Shown here in pieces: positions 10,959 through 20,445 of a stretch of 64,000 nucleotides of DNA. Source of the DNA: a bacterium (GTDB taxonomy: Bacteria > Zhuqueibacterota > Zhuqueibacteria > Residuimicrobiales > Krinioviventaceae); NCBI GenBank assembly GCA_963693055.1, contig OY843751.1, positions 1,600,001 to 1,664,000 of the forward strand, read 5' to 3'. The first letter of the stretch is position 1; the number at the start of each line of letters is the position of its first letter. The position numbers and the translations under genes are program-made. Below the pieces are notes generated by a model. That model made no database searches and was not told the origin of the DNA. It worked only from the letters and a program-made list of their open reading frames with translations.

Positions 10959-11079
10959 AGTGCATCGCCTTTATGCGCGAGACCGCCTACCGGTGGTATA
11001 CGTCGGACCGTTAGGTCCGTTTTTTAAGTATTTTGAGCGAGTCTGCGACTCGCCGCTGTGCATAAAGGCACAGCACTCC
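10959..11079. repeat. REPIN-like composite palindrome with terminal inverted repeats and internal hairpins
   Basis: AGTGC..GCCTTTATGC / GCATAAAGGC..GCACT ends; internal CGGACC-GTTA-GGTCCG and GCGAGTC-TGC-GACTCGC hairpins. Confidence 0.6.
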
Positions 11080-11168
11080 ATTTCTTACACTTTATTTGAT
11101 GGGATTCTGTAAATCCTCCCGAGAAAAATTTTCACTCGGGAGGGTAATCTCATCGAAATGAATCTGGT

Positions 11169-12386
11169 TTATTTAAACGCCGTTTTTATATCTTCTATTC
11201 CGACACCCAATACAGCTTTGGCGATTGAATTCAGCTTTGCTTCATCACCCTGAATGTGCATGGTAGTACTGGTATGCAGCAGGCTTGAGCCTGGGGCCAG
11301 TGCCGCTGCGGGGGATGAGGTTTCCAGCTCGTAAAAGGGTCCAAGCAGTGATCCATCAGGATCAGCGGGGCCGTCGTTATAGCTGTTCACCACATCTCCT
11401 GAAAAAGGCTTTTCCTGAATTTCCCAAAGCGAGTTTACATAATCGGTGTTTGATGGATCAAAAGAATAGGTCACCAGCGTGAGAACTTTGCTTGCCGAAT
11501 CATAACTACCTGCCCAGGGCGTACAGCGTTGAGGAGATAAACCGATTTTACTGCGATAGTTGCCATCACCGCTGAAGTAGAGGATGCCGTCATCAATTTT
11601 GAGCCGGTCTGCTGGTACTTTACCGAAATAGACATCGTTTACGATGGGACCCAGTTCGGTTTCAGGGCCGGTTTTATATGGGATGGCAATGGTAGTAGTT
11701 GGGGATGGAGTAAACATACCCAATATCCAGATAGAGAGGAGGCCGCCATCTTTTGTCCATGCGTTACTGCCGGTGTTTTTCAGTACATTGTCTGTTTGAT
11801 AGGCCACGATATTTAAATCCTGCGCCAATTTGGTATCCAGAATGGTACTCACCGTTGAGTTGTCCAGCAGTTTAATGGTACGATCGAGTTCCAAATCAAA
11901 GGGGGTACCCGAGTAGTTGGTAATGGACATGGGTTTAACAAAGCGTACCATGGAACCGGATGACTCGGCAATGTCCCATTTCTCCTCATTCAGGCCTTTG
12001 GGGGTGTACCAGTGGTCCAGATCAAAGGGATCGCCTTTTTTGAAAAAGACGGAAAACTGTCCGCCTTCGGGACCCAGCCAGATGCGCTCTTCACCGCCAT
12101 ATGCGTTAAAATGGGGATTGTTTTCGTTGGCGCGGAACAGATCGTAATTGATCCAGCCGAAACCGGGTACATCGGGACCAGCGGCGGTGCTTGTCATGAC
12201 GCGTCCCTGCAAATCGGGGCATACGAGTACCTGTGCATTGCCATTGTTACCGGAGAGGATATGTACGCCGGTATATTGCTTTAAAAATTGAACATCATCC
12301 TGAAAAGACATTTCAACTCCTGTTTTCGGGTTTGTTGTACAGCCCATCATAATGGGGATGAGCAAGAGGGACCAAAACCGTTTCAT
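11169..12386 (-). CDS. DUF6786-like lipoprotein
   Basis: Lipobox-like MMGC; QGRVMTST, GGEERIWLGPEGGQFS, NSYNDGP and GPFYELETSSPA motifs recalled for this family. Confidence 0.75.
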   Translation of the reverse strand: MKRFWSLLLIPIMMGCTTNPKTGVEMSFQDDVQFLKQYTGVHILSGNNGNAQVLVCPDLQGRVMTSTAAGPDVPGFGWINYDLFRANENNPHFNAYGGEERIWLGPEGGQFSVFFKKGDPFDLDHWYTPKGLNEEKWDIAESSGSMVRFVKPMSITNYSGTPFDLELDRTIKLLDNSTVSTILDTKLAQDLNIVAYQTDNVLKNTGSNAWTKDGGLLSIWILGMFTPSPTTTIAIPYKTGPETELGPIVNDVYFGKVPADRLKIDDGILYFSGDGNYRSKIGLSPQRCTPWAGSYDSASKVLTLVTYSFDPSNTDYVNSLWEIQEKPFSGDVVNSYNDGPADPDGSLLGPFYELETSSPAAALAPGSSLLHTSTTMHIQGDEAKLNSIAKAVLGVGIEDIKTAFK

Positions 12387-12618
12387 TTTGTGACTCCCAT
12401 GTTGTTAAATGCAGTGTTCTTATAATACAAAAGCGCGGGTAAAAGTACAATGATTTTTTGAGGGGATTTTTTTGTAAATGGATGACATGTATTTTCAAGA
12501 ATACTATTTGCGGATTATAATACAGTTTTAGGCAGGGCGCTTTACCTGAAATGAAATATAAAAGGTGGGCCACTGACCCACCCAGCTGTGTAAAATTTAA
12601 CAATATAAATGATGAATG

Positions 12619-13275
12619 TTAATATTCTTTTAACAACTCGACCAACTTGGGAAATTCGGGTTTATAAAAGTCTGCAACGTTTATTAATCCTTCTTTGTAA
12701 ATACTTACCAGTTCATCATATTGGGGATTATTATTCAATTTTGCAGCAATGATAGCAATACAAGCTCTCATGGGATATAGTGAATTATGAATTGATATCT
12801 TGCTTGGGTATGCATTTAATATTTCATCTATATGATGTATTGAATTGTTTTTATTGAAATATGGTAATGCATAATTTTCAAATTTTTCTATTAATACATT
12901 GATTAAGATCTCTACATCCTGTTCATTTTCAACAAGATATTTAATTTTATTATTTGTATCAATTACAAGACCTTCATCTATTACTTCAATAATTTTACCC
13001 AGATTATTGCCAATTGTTTTTGTACCATCAAAATGCTCCGGAGCTTTTGATGCAACTTTATGATAAATATCTTCTATTTCCTTAACTTTAACGATAACGA
13101 CAGGTTCAATTAAAATATAATCACTATACTTGTAGAACAATAATCTAAAGATTTGTTTGAACCCATCATTTATTCGTGTAAATTGCCTGGATTTTTTATT
13201 TAATTTAAATCCATGTTTTTCGATTCCCACATATATATTATTTAACAATTTGTCGGAGACATCTTTAACTTTCAC
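12619..13275 (-). CDS. Hypothetical low-GC protein (DUF4304/immunity-like)
   Basis: AGGAG RBS before GTG; KHGFKLNK...FTR start and ALPYF motif resemble DUF4304-type proteins (weak). Confidence 0.6.
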   Translation of the reverse strand: MKVKDVSDKLLNNIYVGIEKHGFKLNKKSRQFTRINDGFKQIFRLLFYKYSDYILIEPVVIVKVKEIEDIYHKVASKAPEHFDGTKTIGNNLGKIIEVIDEGLVIDTNNKIKYLVENEQDVEILINVLIEKFENYALPYFNKNNSIHHIDEILNAYPSKISIHNSLYPMRACIAIIAAKLNNNPQYDELVSIYKEGLINVADFYKPEFPKLVELLKEY

Positions 13276-13376
13276 TTTTACTCCTGGGTTATTGATTGTT
13301 CAAAGTATGTTAGTTTTTTTATCCTTCGGAAGTAAATGAGTAGTGGTCAATGAGCTCGTATAGCAAAAAAGTAAAT

Positions 13377-13946
13377 TTATTTAGGTTTTGTGTTTTTTAT
13401 AATTCTTGGAACCAATATAAAGATTTCGATTAAAAATACCAGAGTCAAATCAATTAACATAGCAAGCCTTAAAAACGCAAGGTCTTTTGGATGGTTAAAT
13501 GATAGCAAAACGTAAACAAAAATATTGAATGTATATAATGATATTAAAGTAATATTTGAAAATAGACCCGAGTAATACTGACCTTTATAGTTTTTATAAA
13601 ACATGATAAAAATCCAAAAAAATAGAATTGGTATTATCAAGTATTCAAATATAAAATATAAAAACCTGAGTGGAGTAGTTATAAGGAAAATTATTGGTAA
13701 AATGCAAATGAGAAAAATTAGCAAAAATAATCTAATTAATATTTTCCTGTTTTTATTTTTAATTACCAAACTTGTTACAAAGTCAATTGTTGCAAAAGTA
13801 TAAATAATAAACGAAAATAAGATTTACCTGTCTTGACTATTAATTAAATTGATAGTTAATAACATCAACAAAGGAAGCAATATCCGAAATAATATCGACA
13901 CAAAATTCAAGTTATAAATGCAATATTTTCTATTTCTGTTTTCCAT
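13377..13946 (-). pseudogene. Multi-pass membrane protein gene with an in-frame TAA
   Basis: ATG 13946 is in frame with ORF 13769-13377; single TAA at 13826-13824. Confidence 0.55.
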
Positions 13947-14008
13947 TTTGTTGATTTTTTTCCTTCTGAAATTAATTTTTAATCAGAGACCTTTTTTACG
14001 AACTGTTA

Positions 14009-14968
14009 TTAGTGGATAAATTCGGCTACTTTAAGATTTTCTATAAGATTATTCCCCTGATCAATTTGTATTTCAATATATGCGATTTTTCTTGAATCCG
14101 GTGACCATACACCATACACACTATTGCTGGAAATTATATAAATATTTTGATGGTTTATGTCCTGGCAGTATAGAATGCTGTTTCTGTCTATTGTTTTTGT
14201 TGCGCTGTACCATTTTAGATTTGGTGCCATCTGGAAACCATTGTTGAATATTTTCTCCTCATCCGTTAAAAGTGTATCTGCTAGTAAAATTTTTGTGTGC
14301 AGGTGATATACATAATTAGTGGGGGACATGTTCTCATCCTTGCATCCGATATAGACACAATCATTTGGCAGCCATTTTATGATTTGTAATTCATTACCCA
14401 CTGGTATGTTAAATGTGTCCAAAAGTGTCATAGATGCAAGGTCGAATATTTTCAAATTATTTTTCCCCTGTTGCAGGATTTTGTCAAAATCCGGAGAGAT
14501 AATGCCTTTTGGCAAGTCAATTTCTTTAACAGATAAATCTTTGAGATCAAGTAAAAAGTATTTCTTTTGAACAGAATATATCTCTCTAATTTGTTGGTCT
14601 ACAACGGATTTTTCTTTGTGTTTTTCTAAAACTTTGAACAAAATTGTATTGTTGTTGAAACAGTTGATGATTTCATCAACTGTTCCCGAATGTGTTATCT
14701 GTTTTTCTTTTCCGGTTTGAATGTCGAGTATGAAAATATTAGTTGGATTTAATGTGAATGGTGTATGGTCCCAATCTTCTCCGGTGGACCTTGTGTAAAT
14801 CAATGAATCATTGTCAAGCCAATGAATATTGCCAAATTCATCACTTTTACCTTCAAGTTGCAAGACCGTTGAAAAAGTGGAACCATTCTCTAACGCCAGG
14901 AGAATTTGGCCATTCAGGGAAGTTATGATTATGAAAAAAAGTACAAATGATTTTTTTGATCTGCTCAC
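14009..14968 (-). CDS. Secreted TolB/WD40-like beta-propeller protein
   Basis: Signal peptide; HWLDND, SPDFDKI, KWLPND and WSPDSRKIAY repeats. Confidence 0.7.
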   Translation of the reverse strand: MSRSKKSFVLFFIIITSLNGQILLALENGSTFSTVLQLEGKSDEFGNIHWLDNDSLIYTRSTGEDWDHTPFTLNPTNIFILDIQTGKEKQITHSGTVDEIINCFNNNTILFKVLEKHKEKSVVDQQIREIYSVQKKYFLLDLKDLSVKEIDLPKGIISPDFDKILQQGKNNLKIFDLASMTLLDTFNIPVGNELQIIKWLPNDCVYIGCKDENMSPTNYVYHLHTKILLADTLLTDEEKIFNNGFQMAPNLKWYSATKTIDRNSILYCQDINHQNIYIISSNSVYGVWSPDSRKIAYIEIQIDQGNNLIENLKVAEFIH

Positions 14969-15146
14969 CCGAGTTTACCCCAATTCAAGTATTATCATTG
15001 AATTTAATAATTTACTAAAAAAAATGATTAAAATCCAAGCTTCAATTTTGTTGGTCAAAGTTTAGTTTATATCGTGGGTGATTAGATATTAGATGTTAAA
15101 TAAAAGGTTGGCCAAGGGGCCCTTTTCCCCTGTTTCATGGTAAAAT

Positions 15147-15176
15147 CAAAAAAGGGAGCCAAGAGCTCCCTTTTTT
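15147..15176 (-). terminator. Terminator of rpsU
   Basis: AAAAAAGGGAGC-CAAGA-GCTCCCTTTTTT bidirectional hairpin. Confidence 0.85.
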
Positions 15177-15183
15177 ATATTAA

Positions 15184-15369
15184 TTATTGACGAGAATTGG
15201 TGATTCTCGTCATGCGTTTCCTTGACTCCTGGACTTTGCGTTTCCGCTTGGCAGAAGGTTTTTCGTAAAAGCTGCGCTTTTTCAACTCTTTCAAAGTGCC
15301 TTGCTGCTGTACCTGTTTTTTGAATGCTCGTAATGCGGATTCCAGGTCATTCTTGTATACTCTGATCAT
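15184..15369 (-). CDS. rpsU: 30S ribosomal protein S21
   Basis: [30 protein letters not shown] signature; strong GAGGAGGTG RBS. Confidence 0.93.
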   Translation of the reverse strand: MIRVYKNDLESALRAFKKQVQQQGTLKELKKRSFYEKPSAKRKRKVQESRKRMTRITNSRQ

Positions 15370-15492
15370 ACTTTCTCACCTCCTCAAGGTTTGGTTTCAT
15401 GACCAGGGCAGCGGTAATCCCGTCAGGGGATTACGTGAATTAGTATGTTATATATAACACACACTTGGCACCTGAATAGTTCCATTATTTTT

Positions 15493-16290
15493 TCAAAAAG
15501 CAGGTACAATGCTTGTTTTTTCTGCTATATAGCTCTCAAATTCCTGATATATTTCATTTACTGCAGTTATATTGGGCAGGAGAGTTTTGAGAACGGTTAA
15601 AAACCCTCTTTCATAAAGTAAACGCACAGAGCTGTCAAAGTTGAGATCATATACCCACGAAGCCAGTGTAAGTTTGAGATCATTGAGATTGTTTAAATGT
15701 TTAAAATTGACAGTTTTTCTTTCCATTATCAGTTCGTAAACGGTTTCACTAACGCCTTTGGTATCGGGAAGATCAAATTCGATTGCATTGTTCTTTTCAG
15801 CATTGGGATCCGTAAAATAATCGGTAACCACTTTCCAAATATCAAGTTTGTCTGCGTCTCGTATCAGTTTTGAGAATTGCAAAGTTTTGCCGGATTCTTC
15901 TGCGGGTATCTCTGCTCGATTATGATAACGGATGCTTTTGATAATCCATTGTTTTTCTTCTTCAGGTAGTGCTGATAATATTGTGTTCTGTTCAATAATT
16001 TTCAGTCCCAATTCTGCATGATTTACAGATTTGGCATCAATAAAAGTTTTATATTTTTGAAATTGTTCAAATCTGCCAACATCGTGAAGAATGGCAATAG
16101 TCTCTGCAATATAGCGATCATTTTCAGTCTCCAGTTCGTGTTCTGCAAGATATTGCATATTTTCTACAACACGCTGACTGTGTTCACGTTTGATGTCGAA
16201 ATTTTGCTGTATTTCCCGGTCTTTGGATTCAAAGCCGTTTACGTAAGAGGTGAACCAATCCCGAATAGTGTTCTGTTGTTCTATATTCAT
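15493..16290 (-). CDS. HD-domain phosphohydrolase
   Basis: KREHSQRV, LHDVGRFEQ, NHAELG and IRDADKLD motifs. Confidence 0.9.
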   Translation of the reverse strand: MNIEQQNTIRDWFTSYVNGFESKDREIQQNFDIKREHSQRVVENMQYLAEHELETENDRYIAETIAILHDVGRFEQFQKYKTFIDAKSVNHAELGLKIIEQNTILSALPEEEKQWIIKSIRYHNRAEIPAEESGKTLQFSKLIRDADKLDIWKVVTDYFTDPNAEKNNAIEFDLPDTKGVSETVYELIMERKTVNFKHLNNLNDLKLTLASWVYDLNFDSSVRLLYERGFLTVLKTLLPNITAVNEIYQEFESYIAEKTSIVPAF

Positions 16291-16310
16291 ATATGTATCT
16301 GGTATCCTGT

Positions 16311-17219
16311 TTATGCTGATAATTTTTCTCTGACGTCTTTTAACAGTTTTAGAGTGGCGTGAATTCCCGCTGTTTCATCCAGCTCACTGCCTTCGTATTC
16401 GATACCAACATAGCCGTTGTATCCTGCATCCAATACAATTTTCATCATTTTCATAAAGTCTGTGTGGATCTCGTTGCCGTTTGCATCAAAATCGTTTGAT
16501 TTGGCACTTACAGCTTTGGCAAAAGGCATCAGTTCTGAAACGCCCAGATAGCGGTCATACATTTCACCTTCTTTGATGCGGAAATTACCAAAATCGGGCA
16601 ATGTACCACAATTGGGATGGTTAACCATTTTCATTACTCCGGCGAGCCATTTGCCATTACTGGAAACGCCACCATGATTTTCAACAATTACGTTTAAACC
16701 ATGTTCTGCGCCAAATTGTGTGAGCTTTAAAAGACCATCTGCAGCAAGTTTCATTTGTTCATCATATTCACCTTCACTGGCGGCATTAACTCGGATTGAA
16801 TGGCAGCCGAGGAATTTGGCAGCTTCTACCCATTTATAATGATTTTCAATGGCTGTCTGACGTGCGGCATCATCGGGATCGCCCAGTCTTCCTTCTCCAT
16901 CACACATGATCAACAGGCTTTTAACGCCTTCGCCCTCGGCGCGGAATTTCATTTCTTGCAAATAAGCAGTATCTTTGGCCTTGTCTTTAAAAAATTGATT
17001 AACATATTCTATACCATCAATACCAAATTCCTGTTTCGCTTTTTTTGCAAAATCCAGATGGTCCATTTCACCTGCAAATATTGCCTTGTGATATGACCAT
17101 TCTGCAAGAGAAATGTTGTACAGCAGCGGTTTTTTAGATGGGGCAGCGCAACCGGTTCCCAAAATTCCTGCGGATGCTGAAGCCATGGCAACACCTTTAA
17201 TAAAATCTCTTCTTTTCAT
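16311..17219 (-). CDS. Tat-exported sugar phosphate isomerase/epimerase (xylose-isomerase-like TIM barrel)
   Basis: MKRRDFIK Tat signal; VENHGG, LPDFGNF and GYVGIEYEG motifs. Confidence 0.9.
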   Translation of the reverse strand: MKRRDFIKGVAMASASAGILGTGCAAPSKKPLLYNISLAEWSYHKAIFAGEMDHLDFAKKAKQEFGIDGIEYVNQFFKDKAKDTAYLQEMKFRAEGEGVKSLLIMCDGEGRLGDPDDAARQTAIENHYKWVEAAKFLGCHSIRVNAASEGEYDEQMKLAADGLLKLTQFGAEHGLNVIVENHGGVSSNGKWLAGVMKMVNHPNCGTLPDFGNFRIKEGEMYDRYLGVSELMPFAKAVSAKSNDFDANGNEIHTDFMKMMKIVLDAGYNGYVGIEYEGSELDETAGIHATLKLLKDVREKLSA

Positions 17220-17340
17220 GTAACCTTTCTCCCAATTAATTTGTAATCTTTTGAACACAATAATACTAAAAAAAATTCAGATTTCCTTATGAAAATAACG
17301 GCAAAATTTGTATGTTATTTTACTTTTTTAAAAAAATGTA

Positions 17341-17366
17341 TGTAACTTGATCTAATCTGATTCGTA
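17341..17366 (+). promoter_or_regulatory. Putative ECF-sigma promoter
   Basis: TGTAAC-N16-CGTA, 36 nt upstream of ATG 17403. Confidence 0.55.
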
Positions 17367-17402
17367 TTGGTGTGTGAAAATGATAAAAAAGAGGAGCAAT
17401 AC

Positions 17403-18104
17403 ATGAAGTTCAGAACGATATCTATATTTATATTTGTAATATTTTTGTCTGTAACTGCAATGGCCCAAAACCATATGCAAGCCGGATTGAATATAACTCT
17501 GGGTATGCCACAGACAGAGTTTAAAAACAATGTTGATAATGCCGGTATTGGATTAACCGGTCATTTTGGCTATAATTTCCCCAATACTCCATTTATACTT
17601 GGTGGTAACCTGGGCTTTTTGATTTACGGAAGTGAATCACGTAAAGAACCCTTTAGTACAACCATTCCGGATGTTACTGTAGATGTTACCACAACTAACA
17701 GTATTGTTAACGGGCATATTTTGTTGCGTGTTCAACCTCAGCAGGGTAGATTCCGTCCCTATCTGGATGGGTTGATCGGTTTTAATTACCTGTTTACCTC
17801 GACAGAAATTCAGAGCGAATGGGATTTTGATGATGACGTTGCAACATCCACCAATCAGGATGATTTTACCTCTAGTTTGGGCGGTGGTGCAGGTATCATG
17901 TATCGGGTGCATGAGGGTGTAAATGCAAGTGATGAGCCTTATGAAGTTTTTATTGATTTTGGTGTCCGTTACTTGAATGGCGGAAATGCCAAATACCTGA
18001 AAGAAGGTTCAATTACCCGAAAAGACGGCAAAGTTCATTATGATTTGAATGAATCTACTACCGATTTGGTTACCTACCGATTAGGTGTGACTGTAAATTT
18101 CTAA
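17403..18104 (+). CDS. Outer membrane beta-barrel protein
   Basis: GAGGAG RBS, signal peptide, FRPYLDGLIG and terminal YRLGVTVNF beta-signal. Confidence 0.85.
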   Translation: MKFRTISIFIFVIFLSVTAMAQNHMQAGLNITLGMPQTEFKNNVDNAGIGLTGHFGYNFPNTPFILGGNLGFLIYGSESRKEPFSTTIPDVTVDVTTTNSIVNGHILLRVQPQQGRFRPYLDGLIGFNYLFTSTEIQSEWDFDDDVATSTNQDDFTSSLGGGAGIMYRVHEGVNASDEPYEVFIDFGVRYLNGGNAKYLKEGSITRKDGKVHYDLNESTTDLVTYRLGVTVNF

Positions 18105-18125
18105 TATTAAATGCGGCCTGGTTAT

Positions 18126-18773
18126 TTACCGGGCCGTTTTTATATGTACAACCAGAGCAATGCCATTTTCTATACTTACCTCAACAGTTGTTTCTGTAAA
18201 CGTATTACTCAAAGTAAGCGTTGATCCCCGTTCCACATCTTTATTCTGCAAGGGCCATTCAACCCCGGAAATTGTAATAGATTGCACAGTATCGCTAATG
18301 GGGATGAGCGAAAAAATATCGCCTATATTGCCTGTGAATTCCATAGAGCCTTTACCCCGCATAATCCAGGCAATCTGATTGCTTTCTGCAAATCCAATCT
18401 GTTCAAATGGATAATTTCGGGTGATCAGCATTATGTTTGCTAAAAGCTGATCAATACGTCCGCCAAATGCTGTCAAAATCAGGATTTTTTTCTGTGGGAA
18501 TTCACTGGCGGCATCGAGTGCAAGTTCAAGATCTGTCTTGTCTTTTTTTACCGGAAATTGTTGGATGCGAGTACCCTTGGAACGCAAATGTTCAATTATG
18601 ACTGTGTCTATGGAATCAAAATCGCCAATCAGTAATTCAGGTACAATGTTCATTTCCATGGCATACCAGGCACCACCATCTGCGCAGATGATTACATCAT
18701 TATTTTCTATGTACTGCATATTTTCAAAAGGGGCGGTAGACTCGCCATTTGCAAAAATGATAATTTTAGACAT
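18126..18773 (-). CDS. thiN: Thiamine pyrophosphokinase
   Basis: ICADGGA, GDFDS, KDKTDLELAL, GGRIDQ and LSN motifs. Confidence 0.93.
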   Translation of the reverse strand: MSKIIIFANGESTAPFENMQYIENNDVIICADGGAWYAMEMNIVPELLIGDFDSIDTVIIEHLRSKGTRIQQFPVKKDKTDLELALDAASEFPQKKILILTAFGGRIDQLLANIMLITRNYPFEQIGFAESNQIAWIMRGKGSMEFTGNIGDIFSLIPISDTVQSITISGVEWPLQNKDVERGSTLTLSNTFTETTVEVSIENGIALVVHIKTAR

Positions 18774-18785
18774 ACATGTACCGGA

Positions 18786-20417
18786 TTATTTGATGTGCAA
18801 TAGTGATCGGGAAGCTGTAAACTCTTCTCCTTCGAGAAAAACCCGGTATTGACCGGATGCAAGATCGCTGCCATCCACTTGCAGCGTGTAGGTTTGTTTA
18901 CCGTTAACCATTCCGTAAAATAGTTCGTTGATCAACTGTCCGCTGGCGTTATAAAGGGTAATACGTACAGATTGCGGGTTGTCGACTGAGAACTGGATGA
19001 TTGAACTTGCATTAAAGGGGTTAGGGTAGGGTTGAGACAAGTTGTAATTTTCGGGGATTTCCTGTTCGTCTGATTTGTTAAAAACAGATGTTGAAAAAGT
19101 AGTAAAGTTTAATAACAAAAGTTCATAAGGTCCTAATTTCAAACCGTCAAGATTGTCTGAATAGATCTTTCTGTCAACGTAAAGATCATCCTTGTTGATG
19201 GTATAACACAAATAACTGCTGTTAGAAGGCTGCCAGTTTTGAAAATCCAAATTCACAGTTTGGTCCTGGTCGGTCAGGTTCATCAGCAGCACATTCTTGC
19301 TGTACCCCGCATCTATAGCGAATATGTTTACCAGGCTGCTTCTTTTGGAAACTGATTTTACAGGGGTACCTTCAAGATACTTGTTTTTCAGATATAAAAG
19401 CATGGCAGAAGGGCGGAGGTAAAATGAATCGTCCATAATACCGTATGATTGGTCACAATCGTTCCAGACCAGACTATTTTGTACGCTGCCCTGCTCGGAT
19501 AAATATTTCAAAGATAACGCGTTAAACACGGCACCTTTGCTGCTGTTTTGAAATTCACGGTAAAGTTCAAAATCTTTATTGTTTGAAATATTATATTTGC
19601 TAATCCACAACGGAGTAGTAGCAAGGCCCAATGAATCCATAGTGGTTCTGATACGGGTACTATAATCTGCCATTGCGTGCGCACCGTTAAAGATATCATT
19701 GTCGGAACTGCTAATATTGTCGGTAACACTAAAAGACAGAGTTAAAAAGTCAAGGTTTCGGTCTGTTTCTCTGAGAAATGTTTTTATGTCTTTACGGCCT
19801 TTGTCGCGATCAAAGCCACCACCACCAATCAAGATTGATGGGTCTACCGTTTTCATTGCCTTTGCACATAAATTAAACAGTTCAGCATATTGCAATGAGG
19901 ATGTGAATGCTTCCGAATTTTGAATGTTTAGAGGAGACCAATATTTCACATTCCAGTTCTGATCTATATTGATTATTTTGACCAGTTGAGCGCACCAATT
20001 CGCATATCGTTCAAATTGAGATGACAACAATTCATGATTATCATCCAGCATCCATGCAGGAAATTGGTTCATATTTATAATCAGAGTATCCGGATTGTCT
20101 GAGGTGAATGCTTTAAAAACTTGTTGAATATTCTCCGTATCCCAGGTTTGTTGTTTTTCGTTGATCCAACTGGACTGTGGTGTAGAATTGGATGAAAATA
20201 CATTCAATTGAATAATTACCGGTCCAATATAACGCAAGTTGTCCTGATATTTCTCATTGATTGCGGTTTGAGGTTCAGTGCCTTTGCAGATATTTAAACC
20301 CAGCAGACCGGTATTGGTACCACTGATAGGCGCATGCCAATATACTGTGGTTTCGATCTGTGCGAAACACATACTTGAAGCAATGAGGATGTATATTAAA
20401 AGTCTTTTCAGTATCAA
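18786..20417 (-). CDS. Secreted GH39/clan-A-like protein with C-terminal sorting domain, catalytic Glu residues apparently absent
   Basis: YANWCAQLVKIINI..VKYW, AMKTVDPSILIGG and C-terminal PYPNPFNAS...SGQY motifs. Confidence 0.7.
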   Translation of the reverse strand: MILKRLLIYILIASSMCFAQIETTVYWHAPISGTNTGLLGLNICKGTEPQTAINEKYQDNLRYIGPVIIQLNVFSSNSTPQSSWINEKQQTWDTENIQQVFKAFTSDNPDTLIINMNQFPAWMLDDNHELLSSQFERYANWCAQLVKIINIDQNWNVKYWSPLNIQNSEAFTSSLQYAELFNLCAKAMKTVDPSILIGGGGFDRDKGRKDIKTFLRETDRNLDFLTLSFSVTDNISSSDNDIFNGAHAMADYSTRIRTTMDSLGLATTPLWISKYNISNNKDFELYREFQNSSKGAVFNALSLKYLSEQGSVQNSLVWNDCDQSYGIMDDSFYLRPSAMLLYLKNKYLEGTPVKSVSKRSSLVNIFAIDAGYSKNVLLMNLTDQDQTVNLDFQNWQPSNSSYLCYTINKDDLYVDRKIYSDNLDGLKLGPYELLLLNFTTFSTSVFNKSDEQEIPENYNLSQPYPNPFNASSIIQFSVDNPQSVRITLYNASGQLINELFYGMVNGKQTYTLQVDGSDLASGQYRVFLEGEEFTASRSLLHIK

Positions 20418-20445
20418 ATTTCTCGTTCTGTACTCCTGTAGTTAT

